64,000 nucleotides of DNA, from assembly GCF_009914755.1 (NCBI RefSeq), contig NC_060930.1, one strand, 5' to 3'. Position 1 is the stretch's first letter, and the number at the start of each line of letters is the position of its first letter. Below the pieces are notes generated by a model that worked only from the letters and a program-made list of their open reading frames with translations, did not search any database and had not been told where the DNA came from. The DNA is from the human T2T-CHM13v2.0 reference genome, Homo sapiens. A program made the position numbers and the translations under genes. This document shows positions 13,301 to 32,383 of the stretch, piece by piece.

Positions 13301-13745
13301 TATACCGGTCAGGGTTTCAGCAGGAGACAGATGGCACTGCTGAATTAGATAAATGAAGGATGGCTAAAGAAAGGAATTCTTCAAAGATGTCCTCAAGGTG
13401 CAAACTCCTGCAGGGGATAATGCAATCTCCCAGGGTGAGTCATAGCAGAGCTGTTACCACACCCTGGCTCAAAGGACAAGGGGAGAAAGTGGTGGTAGTC
13501 CCTGGACCCTAGAAAGAGAAGGATATCTTGAGAGAGGTTGTGACTTTTAATCAAGAGACAGAGCTGCCCAGAGGTGACTTCACTTCTTTCCTTTCAATCT
13601 CCTGTCAGGCTTCTCATAGCTGAACTTGAAGGGAAGCCAGTGGGCAAGGATGTCTGACAATATAGTCCCTGCTGGTCTTCCATGAGAGCAGGGTGGAGAT
13701 GAGGACAGTACATCTGGGAGGACACAAAGAAGGTATCCAGCACAG
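13301..13745 (-). mobile_element. LTR41-like ERVL LTR flanked by MIR pieces
   Basis: ggtcagggtttcagcaggagacagatggcac. Confidence 0.5.
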
Positions 13746-14115
13746 GAATTGAAGCTCGGAGAGGCTAGACACATTATTAGAAGTCACACAGCTAGGAAGT
13801 TTCAAAGGCTAGATGGGAACTCAGATATGACTCTCAAACCATCTATTCTTTCCATGATATCAGGTGATGGCTCCTATGAGGAGTGAAATCACATTTGCAA
13901 TGTCTTCTCTAATCTAGTCTATGTGAATTTATCCATGTGTTCAATAAAAGTATCAAAAGAAGAAAATTATGTAAAAGTTTATGGTTTACATGGTGAAGAA
14001 TATACTTTATATAGACGAGGAGCAGATGAATTGTCTGTGGACATAGTTTGTTCAAATAATTTACAAAGAGAACAGTAGTTTCATTCTTTCAGTTTGATTC
14101 CCCTTTACTGCATAC

Positions 14116-14231
14116 GTCATCATCAAAACCCGAATTAGGGTTACAAACCAGTGTCTCCAGAAGAAGGTCATTAGTTTGTTAAGGTCTCCATCAATGATAG
14201 GATATCTATTTTTGCTTAAGTTTCAAATTGC
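14116..14231 (-). pseudogene. Pseudo-exon, phase 0-2: AI*NLSKNRYPIIDGDLNKLMTFFWRHWFVTLIRVLMM
   Basis: tttttctattag acceptor, AC|GTATGC donor. Confidence 0.7.
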
Positions 14232-14833
14232 CTAATAGAAAAATCAGTTTTCTTGAAAAAGAATTAAATTGCAAGTCAGAGGATTTTCTTTCCCTTTTTA
14301 TGAGCATCAGCCATTTTCACTAACAACCATATAGTAAAACTGAAATGAAATGCTTGCTATTTGCAGGAATAACTGAAAATTAATCTCATTTTTACAGGCT
14401 TCCATCAGATTTAAAATAATTTTACTTAAACACCACAAAAGCCATAGTCTGGAAATATGAGAATACAATAATGGTTCTGTTCTTCTAGGTTATTTCTTAT
14501 TTTAATTAATTGAGTGATTGAGGACAGTTTTGTTGAGTAATTTCCTAAATGAATCATTTAACTTCTCAATGGAACAACCTATTTTCTTAAAAAATTGGAT
14601 AAATTCCAGAAGTTTATAATTCATAATTTATTATTCTTAATGAGCTGGTTAATACGAAAGTGATAGGCTATAGAAATAATATGGTTACAAGTGTAAAAAC
14701 CAATTATTTAGCTTGTGACTAAAATTTCAATCAAGCTAACATTGAATTCTGCATGTTATTTAACAGAGTGACTTAGAATAGTTTTGATAAAGGATGAGAA
14801 TAGTTTTCTAAAAGATTTTTGAAATGCTAACAC

Positions 14834-14926
14834 CATGGAATGGCTGACGTCTCCATAATCTCTTGGACTGTATTCAAGGAATCCAGTTAAAGTGTGTTTA
14901 AGAATTTTAGCTAAAGTTGACTTCAG
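14834..14926 (-). pseudogene. Pseudo-exon, phase 0-0: LKSTLAKILKHTLTGFLEYSPRDYGDVSHSM
   Basis: Open 31-codon frame, ccacag acceptor, ATG|GTGTTA donor. Confidence 0.65.
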
Positions 14927-14955
14927 CTGTGGTTCAAGATCACAGTATTAGTTTA

Positions 14956-15269
<314 letters not shown>

Positions 15270-15479
15270 TCATTTTACATGCTTCTGAGAGGTAAATTAT
15301 AGGTAGGATTTTAGTAGGTAGAGATTTAGGAAGAATCCCATACATTATATTTTATCATTTTATGTTAGTGTCCTCTTTTGGTTGGATGGAAAGTTAAGAA
15401 AATGTATTTGTTTCTCTGCCCAAAGGATATTTTTGCCTATTTTAATTTACTAAATACTAACAACTTGTATAAAACAGGG

Positions 15480-15670
15480 CATTTAGTATACAAACTTGGG
15501 CATTGGATTACTTGAATTCAAATTCCAGATCTGCTACTTACTAGCAGTGTAATGTAAAATAGTAGTAATAATACTACTGACCTTACAGGATTGTATGAAG
15601 AGTGTATGAGCTCGTGTAAACCCTTCGAACAGTGCCTGTCACATAATAGGCTTTCAATAACTTTCACAAC
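15480..15670 (+). mobile_element. MIR
   Basis: gaattcaaattccagatctgctacttactagc...aacagtgcctgtcacataatagg. Confidence 0.6.
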
Positions 15671-15728
15671 AATAAGATCTGGGTTTAAGGCACTCCATTG
15701 CCTTTCCCTTGGTGTGGGTCATATTTAC

Positions 15729-15791
15729 TGCATGCTAATCTTTTATATAATGGTGCGTATACTATATATTGTAAGACCTGTTGATAAAAGC
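15729..15791 (-). pseudogene. Pseudo-exon, phase 0-0: AFINRSYNI*YTHHYIKD*HA (alternative open frame GFYQQVLQYIVYAPLYKRLAC)
   Basis: ttttttgtatag acceptor, GCA|GTAAAT donor; frame ambiguous. Confidence 0.55.
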
Positions 15792-15934
15792 CTATACAAA
15801 AAATTATCACAAAGAAATCAGGGTGATTTTAAATCTACAAGTTTCATATTGCTATTGTTTTCAGAATTATAGAATAGAGAAATTGGAAGGGTTTTTAACA
15901 GTGATGGATGGGGCAAGAAAATGAAATAATTATA

Positions 15935-16080
15935 CTCTTGCAGCTAGGAAACCTGTGTTTTATTCTGAACTTGGCCATGAATTAACTGTATTATCTTTGG
16001 GGGCATCACTTAATCTCTTGGGTCTCAGTTCCCTCAGCTAAATACAATGGGCCTAATAATACCATTTGAGATAATGTACA
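15935..16080 (+). mobile_element. MIR
   Basis: cacttaatctcttgggtctcagttccctc. Confidence 0.55.
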
Positions 16081-16398
16081 TTCTCAGATTGTAAATTGTG
16101 TTCTTATTATTAAAGATCATTTAAATCTGAACTTTGTATTTCAAAAGTGCCTGAAAACATTTTATCCCTCTCTGAACTTTGGGATGTCTACAGAATAGTC
16201 AACTTCCTATTGCATTCCCATCCTTTAGGTCATGTGAGTTGAGAATTAGGAAGGGGGCTGAGAGAAGGAGGCCTGGAGAATCACTTTCATAGGAACTAGA
16301 AAACAGTTAGGTTATTTAGATGTGCAACACACAGGGGCTCAGCAGTTTTGGAGGCAGAAACCACTCATTTCACCTTTCTGGAAGCAATTGTTTCTCAC

Positions 16399-16555
16399 TT
16401 CATTAGCCCAAAGTTCATTTTGATCTGGGAATCCCACGCCAGGAACACAGTTCATTCCACTTCTAATTAAAAACGCCTGGAGTCCTTTGGCTAGAGGCCA
16501 CATACTGGGGCTGGCTCATCTTTCTCTGGCAACCTGGGTCTTGCCTCAGCCTTCG
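16399..16555 (-). pseudogene. Pseudo-exon, phase 2-0: EG*GKTQVARER*ASPSMWPLAKGLQAFLIRSGMNCVPGVGFPDQNELWANE
   Basis: tgtttgctgttgtag acceptor, GAA|GTGAGA donor, 2 TGA. Confidence 0.6.
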
Positions 16556-16855
16556 CTACAACAGCAAACACATCATGAGGAAAGATTAATTTTAGTGGAA
16601 GAGGGTCAAGAAAAACAAACTGACAATTTAAAATATTAAAAACCTATTAGCTGAGACAATGGGAAGCCAACATTAGCCCTGACGTAAGAAACGTGCCTAC
16701 TTAAGGGAGCAAGAGCTGTTATAATCAGCCTACCAATTACTGAGAATTAGAGCAAGATACCTTGGAAGGGTAAAGTGATTGTAATAAAAGTGTTGTCAGA
16801 GCTTAATTAGATAAAGAAAACACACAGTTTGCATGCTCATAGCTTTGATATTTAC

Positions 16856-16921
16856 TCTGTCCCTGTGACCACAATGATGAAGAAAGCAACCCCATCCTGA
16901 GTCTCAGGGTCACCTGTAGAC
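16856..16921 (-). pseudogene. Pseudo-exon, phase 2-2: STGDPETQDGVAFFIIVVTGT
   Basis: cattccacag acceptor, GA|GTAAAT donor, open frame. Confidence 0.6.
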
Positions 16922-17011
16922 CTGTGGAATGTGTGCCTTGATTCAACTTTTTGAAGACAATAAACAACGAAAAATAGGAGGTGTGAATGCCAGCTCATTG
17001 ATAATAGTAGG

Positions 17012-17157
17012 TTTTTTAATTATTATTATACTTTAAGTTCTAGGGTACATGTGCACAATGTGCAGGTTTGTTACATAGGTATACATGCACCATGTTGGTG
17101 TGCTGCACCCATTAACTCATCATTTACATTAGCTATCCCTCCCCACTCCCCCAACCC
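17012..17157 (-). mobile_element. Short L1PA (PA5/PA6-like) 3'-end
   Basis: tatactttaagttctagggtacatgtgcacaatgtgcagg. Confidence 0.85.
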
Positions 17158-17242
17158 TTGTTATTCATTCATACCATTCAAACCAAAGACCTTGTTCATA
17201 CCTTGGCACTGGCCACCCTGCTAGTCATTGTTCTTCACTCAC

Positions 17243-17337
17243 ACAGTGTCAGTGTGCTTCTTTCTTAGCTGGAGGCTGAAAGTCTAAAACACTTGCACTG
17301 TTATCCGCCCCCTCACCACTAGTCTTAGTATAAGGCC
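17243..17337 (-). pseudogene. Pseudo-exon, phase 0-2: GLILRLVVRGRITVQVF*TFSLQLRKKHTDT
   Basis: ttaccttag acceptor, GT|GTGAGT donor. Confidence 0.6.
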
Positions 17338-17439
17338 CTAAGGTAATTATTGGTTGTAGAAATAGAAGAAGAGAATAGGTCAAATATGATTTTTTATTAT
17401 GGACAATCGACTTGGTTTTTTATACAAATTGACAATTGT

Positions 17440-17584
17440 TTCAGCTACTCAGGAAGCTGAGGTTTGGAGGATGCTTGAGCCCAAGAGTTCAAAGCTGCAG
17501 TGAGCTATGATCATGCCACTGCATTCCAGCTTGGGTGACACAATGAGATTCTAACTCTAAAAAACAAAACAAAACAAAAACAAG
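17440..17584 (+). mobile_element. FRAM / AluJ right monomer
   Basis: Alu right-arm sequence; flanks gacaattgt / gacaacttgt resemble a TSD. Confidence 0.8.
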
Positions 17585-20228
17585 ACAACTTGTAGTGATA
17601 TTTCCATTAAAAATATATTAAATTTCAAAATTTTTAAATCCATGAAGTTGCTATTTTTTGTATGTTAGATGTATGATAAACCAAAATTAAAAAAAAATTT
17701 GTGGATACATACTAGGTGTATATATTTATGGGGTATATGGGATATTTTGATACAGGCATACAATACATAATAATCACATCAGGGTAAATGCAGTATCCAT
17801 CACCTCAAGCATTTATCCTTTGTGTTAGAAACAATCCATTTATACTCTTTATTTTTAAATATACAATTACATTATTTAATTGCAGAAGCTTTTCAACTTG
17901 CTGTAATCCCTTTTGTCCATTTTTGATTTGGTTGCCTGTGCTTGTACAGTATTACTCAAGACGTCTTTGCCCATTACAATGTCCTGTAGAATTTCCCCAA
18001 TGTTTACTTTTAGTAGTTTCACAGTTTAAGTCTTTAATCCATTTCATCTTGATTTTTGTATATGGTAAGAGATAGAAATCTAGTTTCATTCTTCTGTCTA
18101 CTGATATCCAGTTTACCCAGTACAATTTATTGAAGAGATTATTCTTTACCCGATGTATGTTTTTGACACCTTTGTCAAAAATGAGTTCACTGTAAATGTA
18201 TAGATTTGTTTCTGTGTTCTCTATTGTGTTCCATTGGTTCATGTGTCTGTTTTTATGCTAGTGCCATGCTGTTTTTGTTACTATATCTCTTTAGTATAAT
18301 TTGAAGTCAGGTGATGGGATTCCTCCAGTTTTGTTCTTTTTGATCCGTAGAACTTTGGCTACTCTGGGTCTTTTTTGGTTCCATATAAATTTTAGAATTG
18401 TTTTTTCTATTTCTGTGAAGAAAGTCATTGGTATTTTGATAGGGATTGCATTGAAACTGTAGATAGCTTTGAATAATATGGGCCTTTTAAAAGTATTGGT
18501 TCTTCCAATCCATGAACATAAAATATTTTTTCATGTTTATGTGTCCTCTTCAATTTCTTTCATCAATATTTTATAGTTTTCATTGTAGAGCTCTTTCACT
18601 TTTTGCCTAAGTATATTCCCAGGTATTTTATTTTCTTTTGTAGCTATTGTAAATGGAATTACTTTATTTCTTTTTCAGATTGTTTATTGTTGGCATATAG
18701 AAAAGCTACTGATTTTTGTATGTTAATTTTGTATTCTTCAGCCTTAATGAATTTGTTTGGCAGTTCTTAGTTTTTTGGTGGAGTTTTTAGGTTTTTCCAA
18801 ATATGAGATCATATTTTCTCCAAACAAGGATAATTTGATTTCTTCCTTTCCAATTTGGATGCCCTTTATTTATTTGTCTTTTCTGATTGCTCTGCCTAGG
18901 ACTTCTAGTACTGTGTTGAATAACAGTGATGAAAGTGGATATCCTTGTAGTGCTCCAGATCTTAGAGAAAGGCTTTCAGTTTTTTCCCATTTAGTATAAT
19001 ACTAGCTGTGGGTCTGTCATACATGGCTTTTGTTATGTTGAGGTATGTCCCTTCTAGACCCAGTTTTTTGAGGGTTTTTATTATGAATGAATGTTGAACT
19101 TTATCAAATGCTTTCTCAGCATCAATTGAAATGATCATATGGCTTTTGTCCTTCATTCTGTTGACATGATGTATCACACTGATTGATACGCATACGTTGA
19201 ACCATCCCTTCATCCTTGGGATAAATCCCACTTGGTCATAATGAATGATCTTTTTAATATGTTGCTGAATTCAGTTTGCTAGTTTTTTTTTTGTTGAGGA
19301 TTTTTGCATCAATATTCATCAGAGGTATTGGCCTGTAGTTTTCTTTCTTTATGTGTCTTTCTCTGGTTTTGGTATCAGGGTAATACTGACTTTGTAGAAT
19401 GAGTTTGAAAGAACTCCCTCCACCTCTATGTTTGGAATAATTTGAGTAGGATAAGAATTACTTCTTCTTTAAGTGTTTGGTAAAATTTGGCAGTGAAATT
19501 ATTAGGTCCTAGGGTTTTCTTTGCTAGAAAACTTTTTACTATGGCCTCCATCATATTACTTGTTATTGGTCTGTTCAGGTTTTGGTTTTCTTCATGGTTC
19601 ATTCTTGATAGGTTGTATGTGTCTAGGAATTTATCCATTTCTTCTAGACCTTCGAATTTATTGGCATATAGTTGCTCATAGTACATACTAATGATCCTTT
19701 AAATTTCTGTGGTATCAGTTGTAATATCTCCTTTTTTATATCTTATTTATTTGGGTCTTCTCTCTTTTTTCTTAGTCTGGATATAAGTTTGTCATTTTGT
19801 TTATTTTTTTCAAAACCCAACTTTTTGTTTTCTTGAACTTTTATATTGCTTTCTTTATTTCAATTTTATTTATTTCTGCTCTGAACTTTAATATTTCTTT
19901 TCTTTGATTAACTTTGGTTTTGATTTGCTCTTTTTTAGTTCTTTGAGATGTATCATTAGGTTGTTTATTTGAAGTTTACTTTATTTGATGTAGGCACTTA
20001 TAGCTATAAAGTTCTCTCTTAGCACTGCTTTTGCTGTATCCCATAGGTTTTGGAATGTTGTGTTTCCATTATCATTTGTTTCAAGAAGTGTTTCAGTTTC
20101 CCTCTTAATCCCTTCAATGCCCCACTGGGGCTTCAGGAACATATTGTTTAATTTCCACGTGTTTGTATAGTTTCTAAAATCTCTCTTTTTATTGATTTCT
20201 TGTTTTATTCCATTGTGGTCAGAGAGAA

Positions 20229-20337
20229 GAGATGGTTCATTGGCCATGTTGGTCTCAAACTCCTGGCCTCAACTGATCCACCTGCCTCAGCCTTTCGAAG
20301 TACAGAGATTACAGGCACGCACCTCCACCCCTGGCCT
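20229..20337 (-). mobile_element. Alu left-arm remnant inside L1MA
   Basis: ggtctcaaactcctggcctcaactgatccacctgcctcagcc...gattacaggc. Confidence 0.8.
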
Positions 20338-20524
20338 CAGGCCAATAACTCTTAATTTGTCCCTTTGAGGCTATTTTCTACATCTTGCAGGCGTTCTTCG
20401 TCACTTTGAATTCTTTCTTCTTTTGTCTCCTCTGACAGGTATTTTCAAATAGCCTGTCTCCAAGCTCACCAATTCTTGCTTCTGCTTGATCAAATCTGCT
20501 ATTAAGAGACTCTGTTTTTTTCTC

Positions 20525-26979
<6,455 letters not shown>

Positions 26980-28382
26980 GATTTCAATTTTGATAAAATC
27001 CAATTTATCTAAAAAAATGCACCAGTTGATGGTTTGCTTAAATGGAGCACAATTTAAGCACTTTTTATCTGTACTTTCACTGAAGGAAATCTCACTGTCT
27101 ATGTGACCTGAATGCATATTACCTAGTGGAAAAATTCCATAAATGCAGAATAGCCTAGAGCACTCAACTTTTGCCTTGCTTTTTTTTTTTTTTTTTTAAT
27201 CAAACACAAGGGATTGCCAGGGAATAGCTCCCAAAACCATGGAACCTCTTTACAATTCTCTCTCATTTTTGTCTATCTATATTAATTATGAAACTGCATC
27301 CATTCAAATTGCTATGCTTCAACCCTGAGGAATGTAAATACAGAGGCAATTATAAAGCTGTGTTTTCTGGTGGTGCACATTTAAATGATTAGCTGAAAGT
27401 CAAATGTTAATATCACAAAATAGAAAAGTAAAATATAGTCAATGTATTTTCCCCATAGTTAATAGGCTAAATTAGAGCAAGCAATCTAACATTGCAAGAA
27501 AATTTGAATGTGGAGACTCAAAGTGTTTTTTTAACAATCTAAATGTACAACAGTAGATATATTTCATTCGCTTTAGCCTCCAGGCAGAACTGGAGGGACT
27601 GGAGGGGCAAAGATGGAAGAAGAAAATGTATGGAGATGGATTGTAGGACAAAATGTGAGTGTACAATTAGGGAGTGTAGTGAGATGAGAAGACAACTCAG
27701 GGTACAGTCCTCAACCTAAAGCTGCCAAGAACTCACAGACAGCAAGGAAATTTTTTATTTTGTAGAAATTAGCTATGAGCTCTCTTGGCCCCCTTCCTTC
27801 TCTGGGTTCCATTTCTACAAGTTGCCTCTCCTCCTCCTCCTTTTTACACCCACCCCTTCCTTTAAGTCAATTTGAACAAACATTAACTTTAAGTTTGTAA
27901 CATCTGAAATTACACCCCAGTTTTTATTTCTCATGCATTATGAAGCTATTCTGTTGAGTAATTTCACAGAGTCCAATATGAGTTGAATTGTGTGTCCTCC
28001 CAAAAATATGTTGAAACCCTAACCCATAATATCTCAGAATGTTATCTTATTTGGGAAGAAGTTCCCTGCATATGTAATAAGTTAAGATGACGTCATAGTG
28101 GAGTGGGATGGACCCCTATTTCCATATGACAGTGTTTCTATGAGAAGACAGCCATGTGAAGACACAGAGATACACAAGCAGAAGCTGGAGGCAGAGACTG
28201 GAGTGATGCATCTACAAGCCAAGGAACACCAATCATTGCCTACGCTCATGAGAAGCCAGGACATACACATGAAACAAGTTTTCCCCCAGAGCCCCTGGAA
28301 GGCACCAGTCCTGCTGACATCTTCCTTTCACACTCCTAGCCTCCAAAACAGTGAGAATAAATTTCTGTTGCTAAAAAAAAAA
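26980..28382 (+). other. L1-mediated 3' transduced segment with a second poly-A tail
   Basis: Lies inside TSD aagagactctg (20504-20514 / 28383-28393); AATAAA at 28356-28361, poly-A from 28373. Confidence 0.88.
27976..28372 (+). mobile_element. MLT1B/C LTR truncated at its polyadenylation site
   Basis: MLT1 motifs; ends gagaataaatttctgttgct + poly-A and lacks the terminal ~55 bp of the LTR. Confidence 0.8.
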
Positions 28383-29237
28383 AAGAGACTCTGAGGCATT
28401 CTTCAATATGTCAATTGCATTTTTCAACTCCAGAATTTCTCCTTGATACTCTTTAATTATTTCAATTTCTTTGTAAAATTTACATGATAGGATTCTGAAT
28501 TCTTCTCTGTGTTATCTTGAATTTCTTTGAGTTTCCTCAAAATAGCTGTTTTGAATTATCTGTCTGAAAAGTCACATCTCTCTCTCTTAGATTGGTCCCT
28601 GGTGTCTTATTTACTTCATTTAGTGAGGTCATGTTTTCCTGGATGCTCTTGATACCTGTGAATGTTTGTTGGTGTTTAAGCATTGAAAAGTTTGATATTT
28701 ATTGTAGTCTTCGCAGTCTGGGCTTGTTTTTACTCATTCTTCTTAACAAGGCTTTCCAGGTATTCCAAGGGACTTGAGTATTGTGATCCAAGTTTTCGGT
28801 CACTGCAACTGTGTATGCTTTAGGGGGCACCCCAAGCCCAGTAAGGCTGTATTTTCTGCAGACTCATGCAAGTAATGCCTTGTTGGTCTTGGATAAGATC
28901 TGGAAGAATTCTCTGGATTACCAGGCAGAGACTCTTCTTCTCTTCCCTTACTGTCTCCCAAACAAATGGACTCTCTCTCTCTCCCTCTGTGCTGAGCTTC
29001 CTGGAGATGGGGGAAGGGTGACATGATCGCTCCTGTGGCCATCACCACTGGGACTGTGGTGGATCAAGCCTGAAGCCAGCACAGCACTGAGTCTTGCCCA
29101 AGGCCCACTGTCACCACTACCTACATACCACCTATGTAATAAACCACAATTTTGTGTCTAGGAGACAGAATAACTAATGAAACAAGCATAAAATAAATAG
29201 ATTTTATTATATATAGGGAAACAAGTAAATGCTTATT

Positions 29238-29508
29238 AAGCTTCTAAATCTCAGGTATAATCCTTCACACAGATATTCTTCTGCAGGTGAATATGGACAG
29301 ACTGGAGTGGCGGTTGAAGTATTTGTCTGTACTAGTTGGCCCTGAGCCTTCTAAATATGTTTTCCCATGCAGTCTCCTAAGAACTTGTTAGGACTATCCC
29401 CCCAAACTTTCCCAAATCTGGCAACAGAAAGGCAAATTCCTGGCTCAGTGGGTATTTCCAATACTTGTCCCAGCACTAAGGGTAACATCTCCTGTGATTG
29501 TTGTGTAC
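29238..29508 (-). pseudogene. Candidate pseudo-exon: TQQSQEMLPLVLGQVLEIPTEPGICLSVARFGKVWGIVLTSS*ETAWENIFRRLRAN*YRQILQPPLQSVHIHLQKNICVKDYT*
   Basis: catttttttcctcag acceptor; few stops in the phase-1 frame; donor uncertain. Confidence 0.4.
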
Positions 29509-30344
29509 CTGAGGAAAAAAATGTATGTGTTTTATATGAGTATTCCCCCAGTTACTCCATTTCACAATGTGGAAGGCATAGTCAAGTAATTTGCTGGTAG
29601 GGATAAATATAATTAGAGGTGGAGCTGAATTTTAAGTCAGGTATGACTCGAAGGCTATCCCACCAAGCCATACTGCCTCTCCAGGAAGTAGAGCCAGGGC
29701 TGTAAAAATTCAGGGGATGTTGGAGGTCACTCACTTCTCTTTGCCTGGCTGACTTTTCTCTTCATAAAAAGGCATGTTAGCTGTCAATTTAAGGATTTAA
29801 CTGGTATTTCTTTATGTGTGGGGAACATGCATAGAAGGAGAGACTGGAAAAGGACCAAAACCACATGTGCAGTGATTTCCTAATGGGAATTTACATGTAT
29901 GTGAAAAGGCATGAACCAGATTTGTATAATAACAAAAATATGAAAACTTTTGAAATGCCCATCAATGGGGAGTGGTTACATTAATTAAAGGGCCTGTATA
30001 GAGTAAAATATTATGCAGCTCTTGAAAAAGGTAAGGTTGATCTATACGTGCTGATATGGAAATACGTTCAAGATAAATTAAAGAGCAGGACAATAAGTCT
30101 AGCATTTTCCTTTGGGAGTTAGAAAAAATGGTGGAGTAAGAGGAGTAGCAGCTGAGGTAGGGGTTAGCATAGTGTGAGAAGTGAGAAGCTTGCAGGAGGG
30201 CTGGCAGCACAGGGACCAAGTCCCCTGAAGACACTAGGTATTTTCAGGAGCTACATTCCTGTGCAAAGTCATTGTGTGTCTGATCTTTCTCAACTCAATG
30301 ATGACACAAATATAGGTGGTAGACTATGATATTCACACTTTGCC

Positions 30345-31085
30345 ATAATGAGACACTAGAACACACTTATTGGAATGGATACAATTAAATATATTGATCA
30401 TACCAAGTGTTAGTGAGAATATGAAGCAACTTGAACTCTCTTACACTACTGGTGGAAATATAAAATGGTACAATCACTTTGGTATACAGATTGGCAGTGT
30501 CTTAGAAATCTAATCATATGCTTATTATATGACTCAGCTATTTCACTTCCAGATATTTACCCAAAGAAATAAAAGTATATGTTCATAAAAAGATTTGTAC
30601 ACAAATATTGGCAGCAGTTTTATTTCAAATAGTCAAAAACTAGGAAGATCCCTATTGTCTAGAAATTGATGAATGGACAAACATATTGTTGTGTATCCAT
30701 ATAATAGAATACTACCCAGCAATAAAAAGAAATGAACCATTCAACATGAATGAATCTCAAAATAATTATGCTGTGTGAAAGTCAGGCAAAAATATATACA
30801 GTATGATTCCACTTATATCAGATTCTAGAAATTGCAAACTCATTTGTAGTGATAGAAAACAGATCCATTATTGCTTGGAGCTAGAGGAGGGTAGGGAAAG
30901 GAGGAAGGGAAACATTGAAAAGAAGTATGATGTGACTTTTGGGGGGTGATGAAAATTTTTATTATCTTGACTTTGGTGATGGTTTTAGTGAATACATATT
31001 TGAAAACTTATCAAATAGTATATACTTTGGTGCAATTGCTTGTACATTAACTATATCTCAATAAAACTGTTTTAACAAGTAAAAA
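30345..31085 (+). mobile_element. L1ME/L1MB 3' end
   Basis: ORF2 C-terminal and 3' UTR motifs; ends ctatatctcaataaaactg. Confidence 0.75.
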
Positions 31086-31649
31086 AATAAGCAGAATTTA
31101 AGAGGAGTTTTGATTCTCCTTTGGCAGGTAAGTGGGTAATTATGCTTTTTTGTAAATTTATAAACGTAAAGTGGTTTAATACATAGGTGGTATGTAGGTA
31201 GTGGTGACAGTGGGCCTTGGGCAAGATGGATGAAAGGTAGGGTGGGGAGCTAGAGAATATTTACGGTCTTCTAGAAATCCAAGTCTATATATGTCAATGA
31301 ATCAAAGAAAGGCCTAAGTGGATGTTAAACATTTCCATTATTTGATTAAAATTATGACTTTGCTCCATACTGATAAACCTTTGTGTAAACACTTGAGCAT
31401 GTTCTGCTTGTGATTGGATAATGAAAAGCACACTCTGAGTTTGTGGTGGAGGAAGGGTGTGTTTGGTGGCTAGTGGTGAGGTTGGCAGCTGGGTCTCTGA
31501 GGAACTCTTTAAAGATCATTTATGATTTGTTTCCTTTAATTTTCATAAACAGAAAAAAGGAGCTTATAAGTTTTTAACAGCCCGCTTTTTTCTCCATAGG
31601 ATTGCATTTTCTCACACACAGATTTTTGTAAGATTCTTTAACATCTTAC

Positions 31650-31734
31650 CACCAACTGAGCCAGATTGTGTCTTAATGCTTTGGTCGGAATAATAGGTTC
31701 ATTTTTTTTCTCAAACACAATATTTGGAGATTTT
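31650..31734 (-). pseudogene. Pseudo-exon, phase 2-0: KSPNIVFEKKNEPIIPTKALRHNLAQLV
   Basis: ctcttctttcag acceptor, GTG|GTAAGA donor, open frame. Confidence 0.7.
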
Positions 31735-31905
31735 CTGAAAGAAGAGCCCCTCAAAATATTAGCCTGCTTCAAAGCACCATGAGCAGAAAGCAGAGCTCTA
31801 CTTTATTTTTTTTCCAACGAATATTAGAAAGAAAAAGATGTTTCATTTCTATGTTATTTATCTTATTCCTGTGGATTGTTTCTCAGAAGTTTACAGTAGT
31901 GGTAC

Positions 31906-32046
31906 CCATGAGACCTGAAATGGATCCTCATGGCAAAGGTGGTGATTTCATCCCATGTGGAATATAGTCTTGGAAAAGACCAAAAGCTAATGGTGGCTTC
32001 ATTAGCCATGATTTTGTATCCTTCATTTTTTCATGTAAGAATTTTC
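31906..32046 (-). pseudogene. Pseudo-exon, phase 2-2: KILT*KNEGYKIMANEATISFWSFPRLYSTWDEITTFAMRIHFRSH
   Basis: tttttgaatcccattag acceptor, GG|GTACCA donor (alternative at 31915, same phase). Confidence 0.6.
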
Positions 32047-32305
32047 CTAATGGGATTCAAAAAAAAAATAAAGCAGAATTCAGGGCCACAGTGTAAAACT
32101 GGGAGCAAGGTACATTATTTAGGCACGTTGCAGGGTTGATAAATATGACAGTCAAGCATCGTTGGTTGCATTGCACATTCATCTCAGAAGATTTTACCAC
32201 CTGCTAATCTTGTAAAACACAAATTAACTTTTGTCTAAGTAGGGAGTGAGAATGTAGTCATTGGCTATCAGTCTAAGTCAGTTCACAGATTTTAACCTGT
32301 GGCAT

Positions 32306-32383
32306 AACAGAGGAAATTTTTAGAGGCATAAAATCAGCCTTATAAACAGAGGAAATTTTTAGAGGCATAAAATCAGCCTTATA
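32306..32383. repeat. Perfect 39-bp tandem duplication
   Basis: aacagaggaaatttttagaggcataaaatcagccttata x2. Confidence 0.95.

Noticed and set aside
16670-16700. CRE-like tgacgtaa and acgtg sites as an enhancer
   Set aside because: Short motifs expected by chance, with no supporting evidence in the sequence alone.
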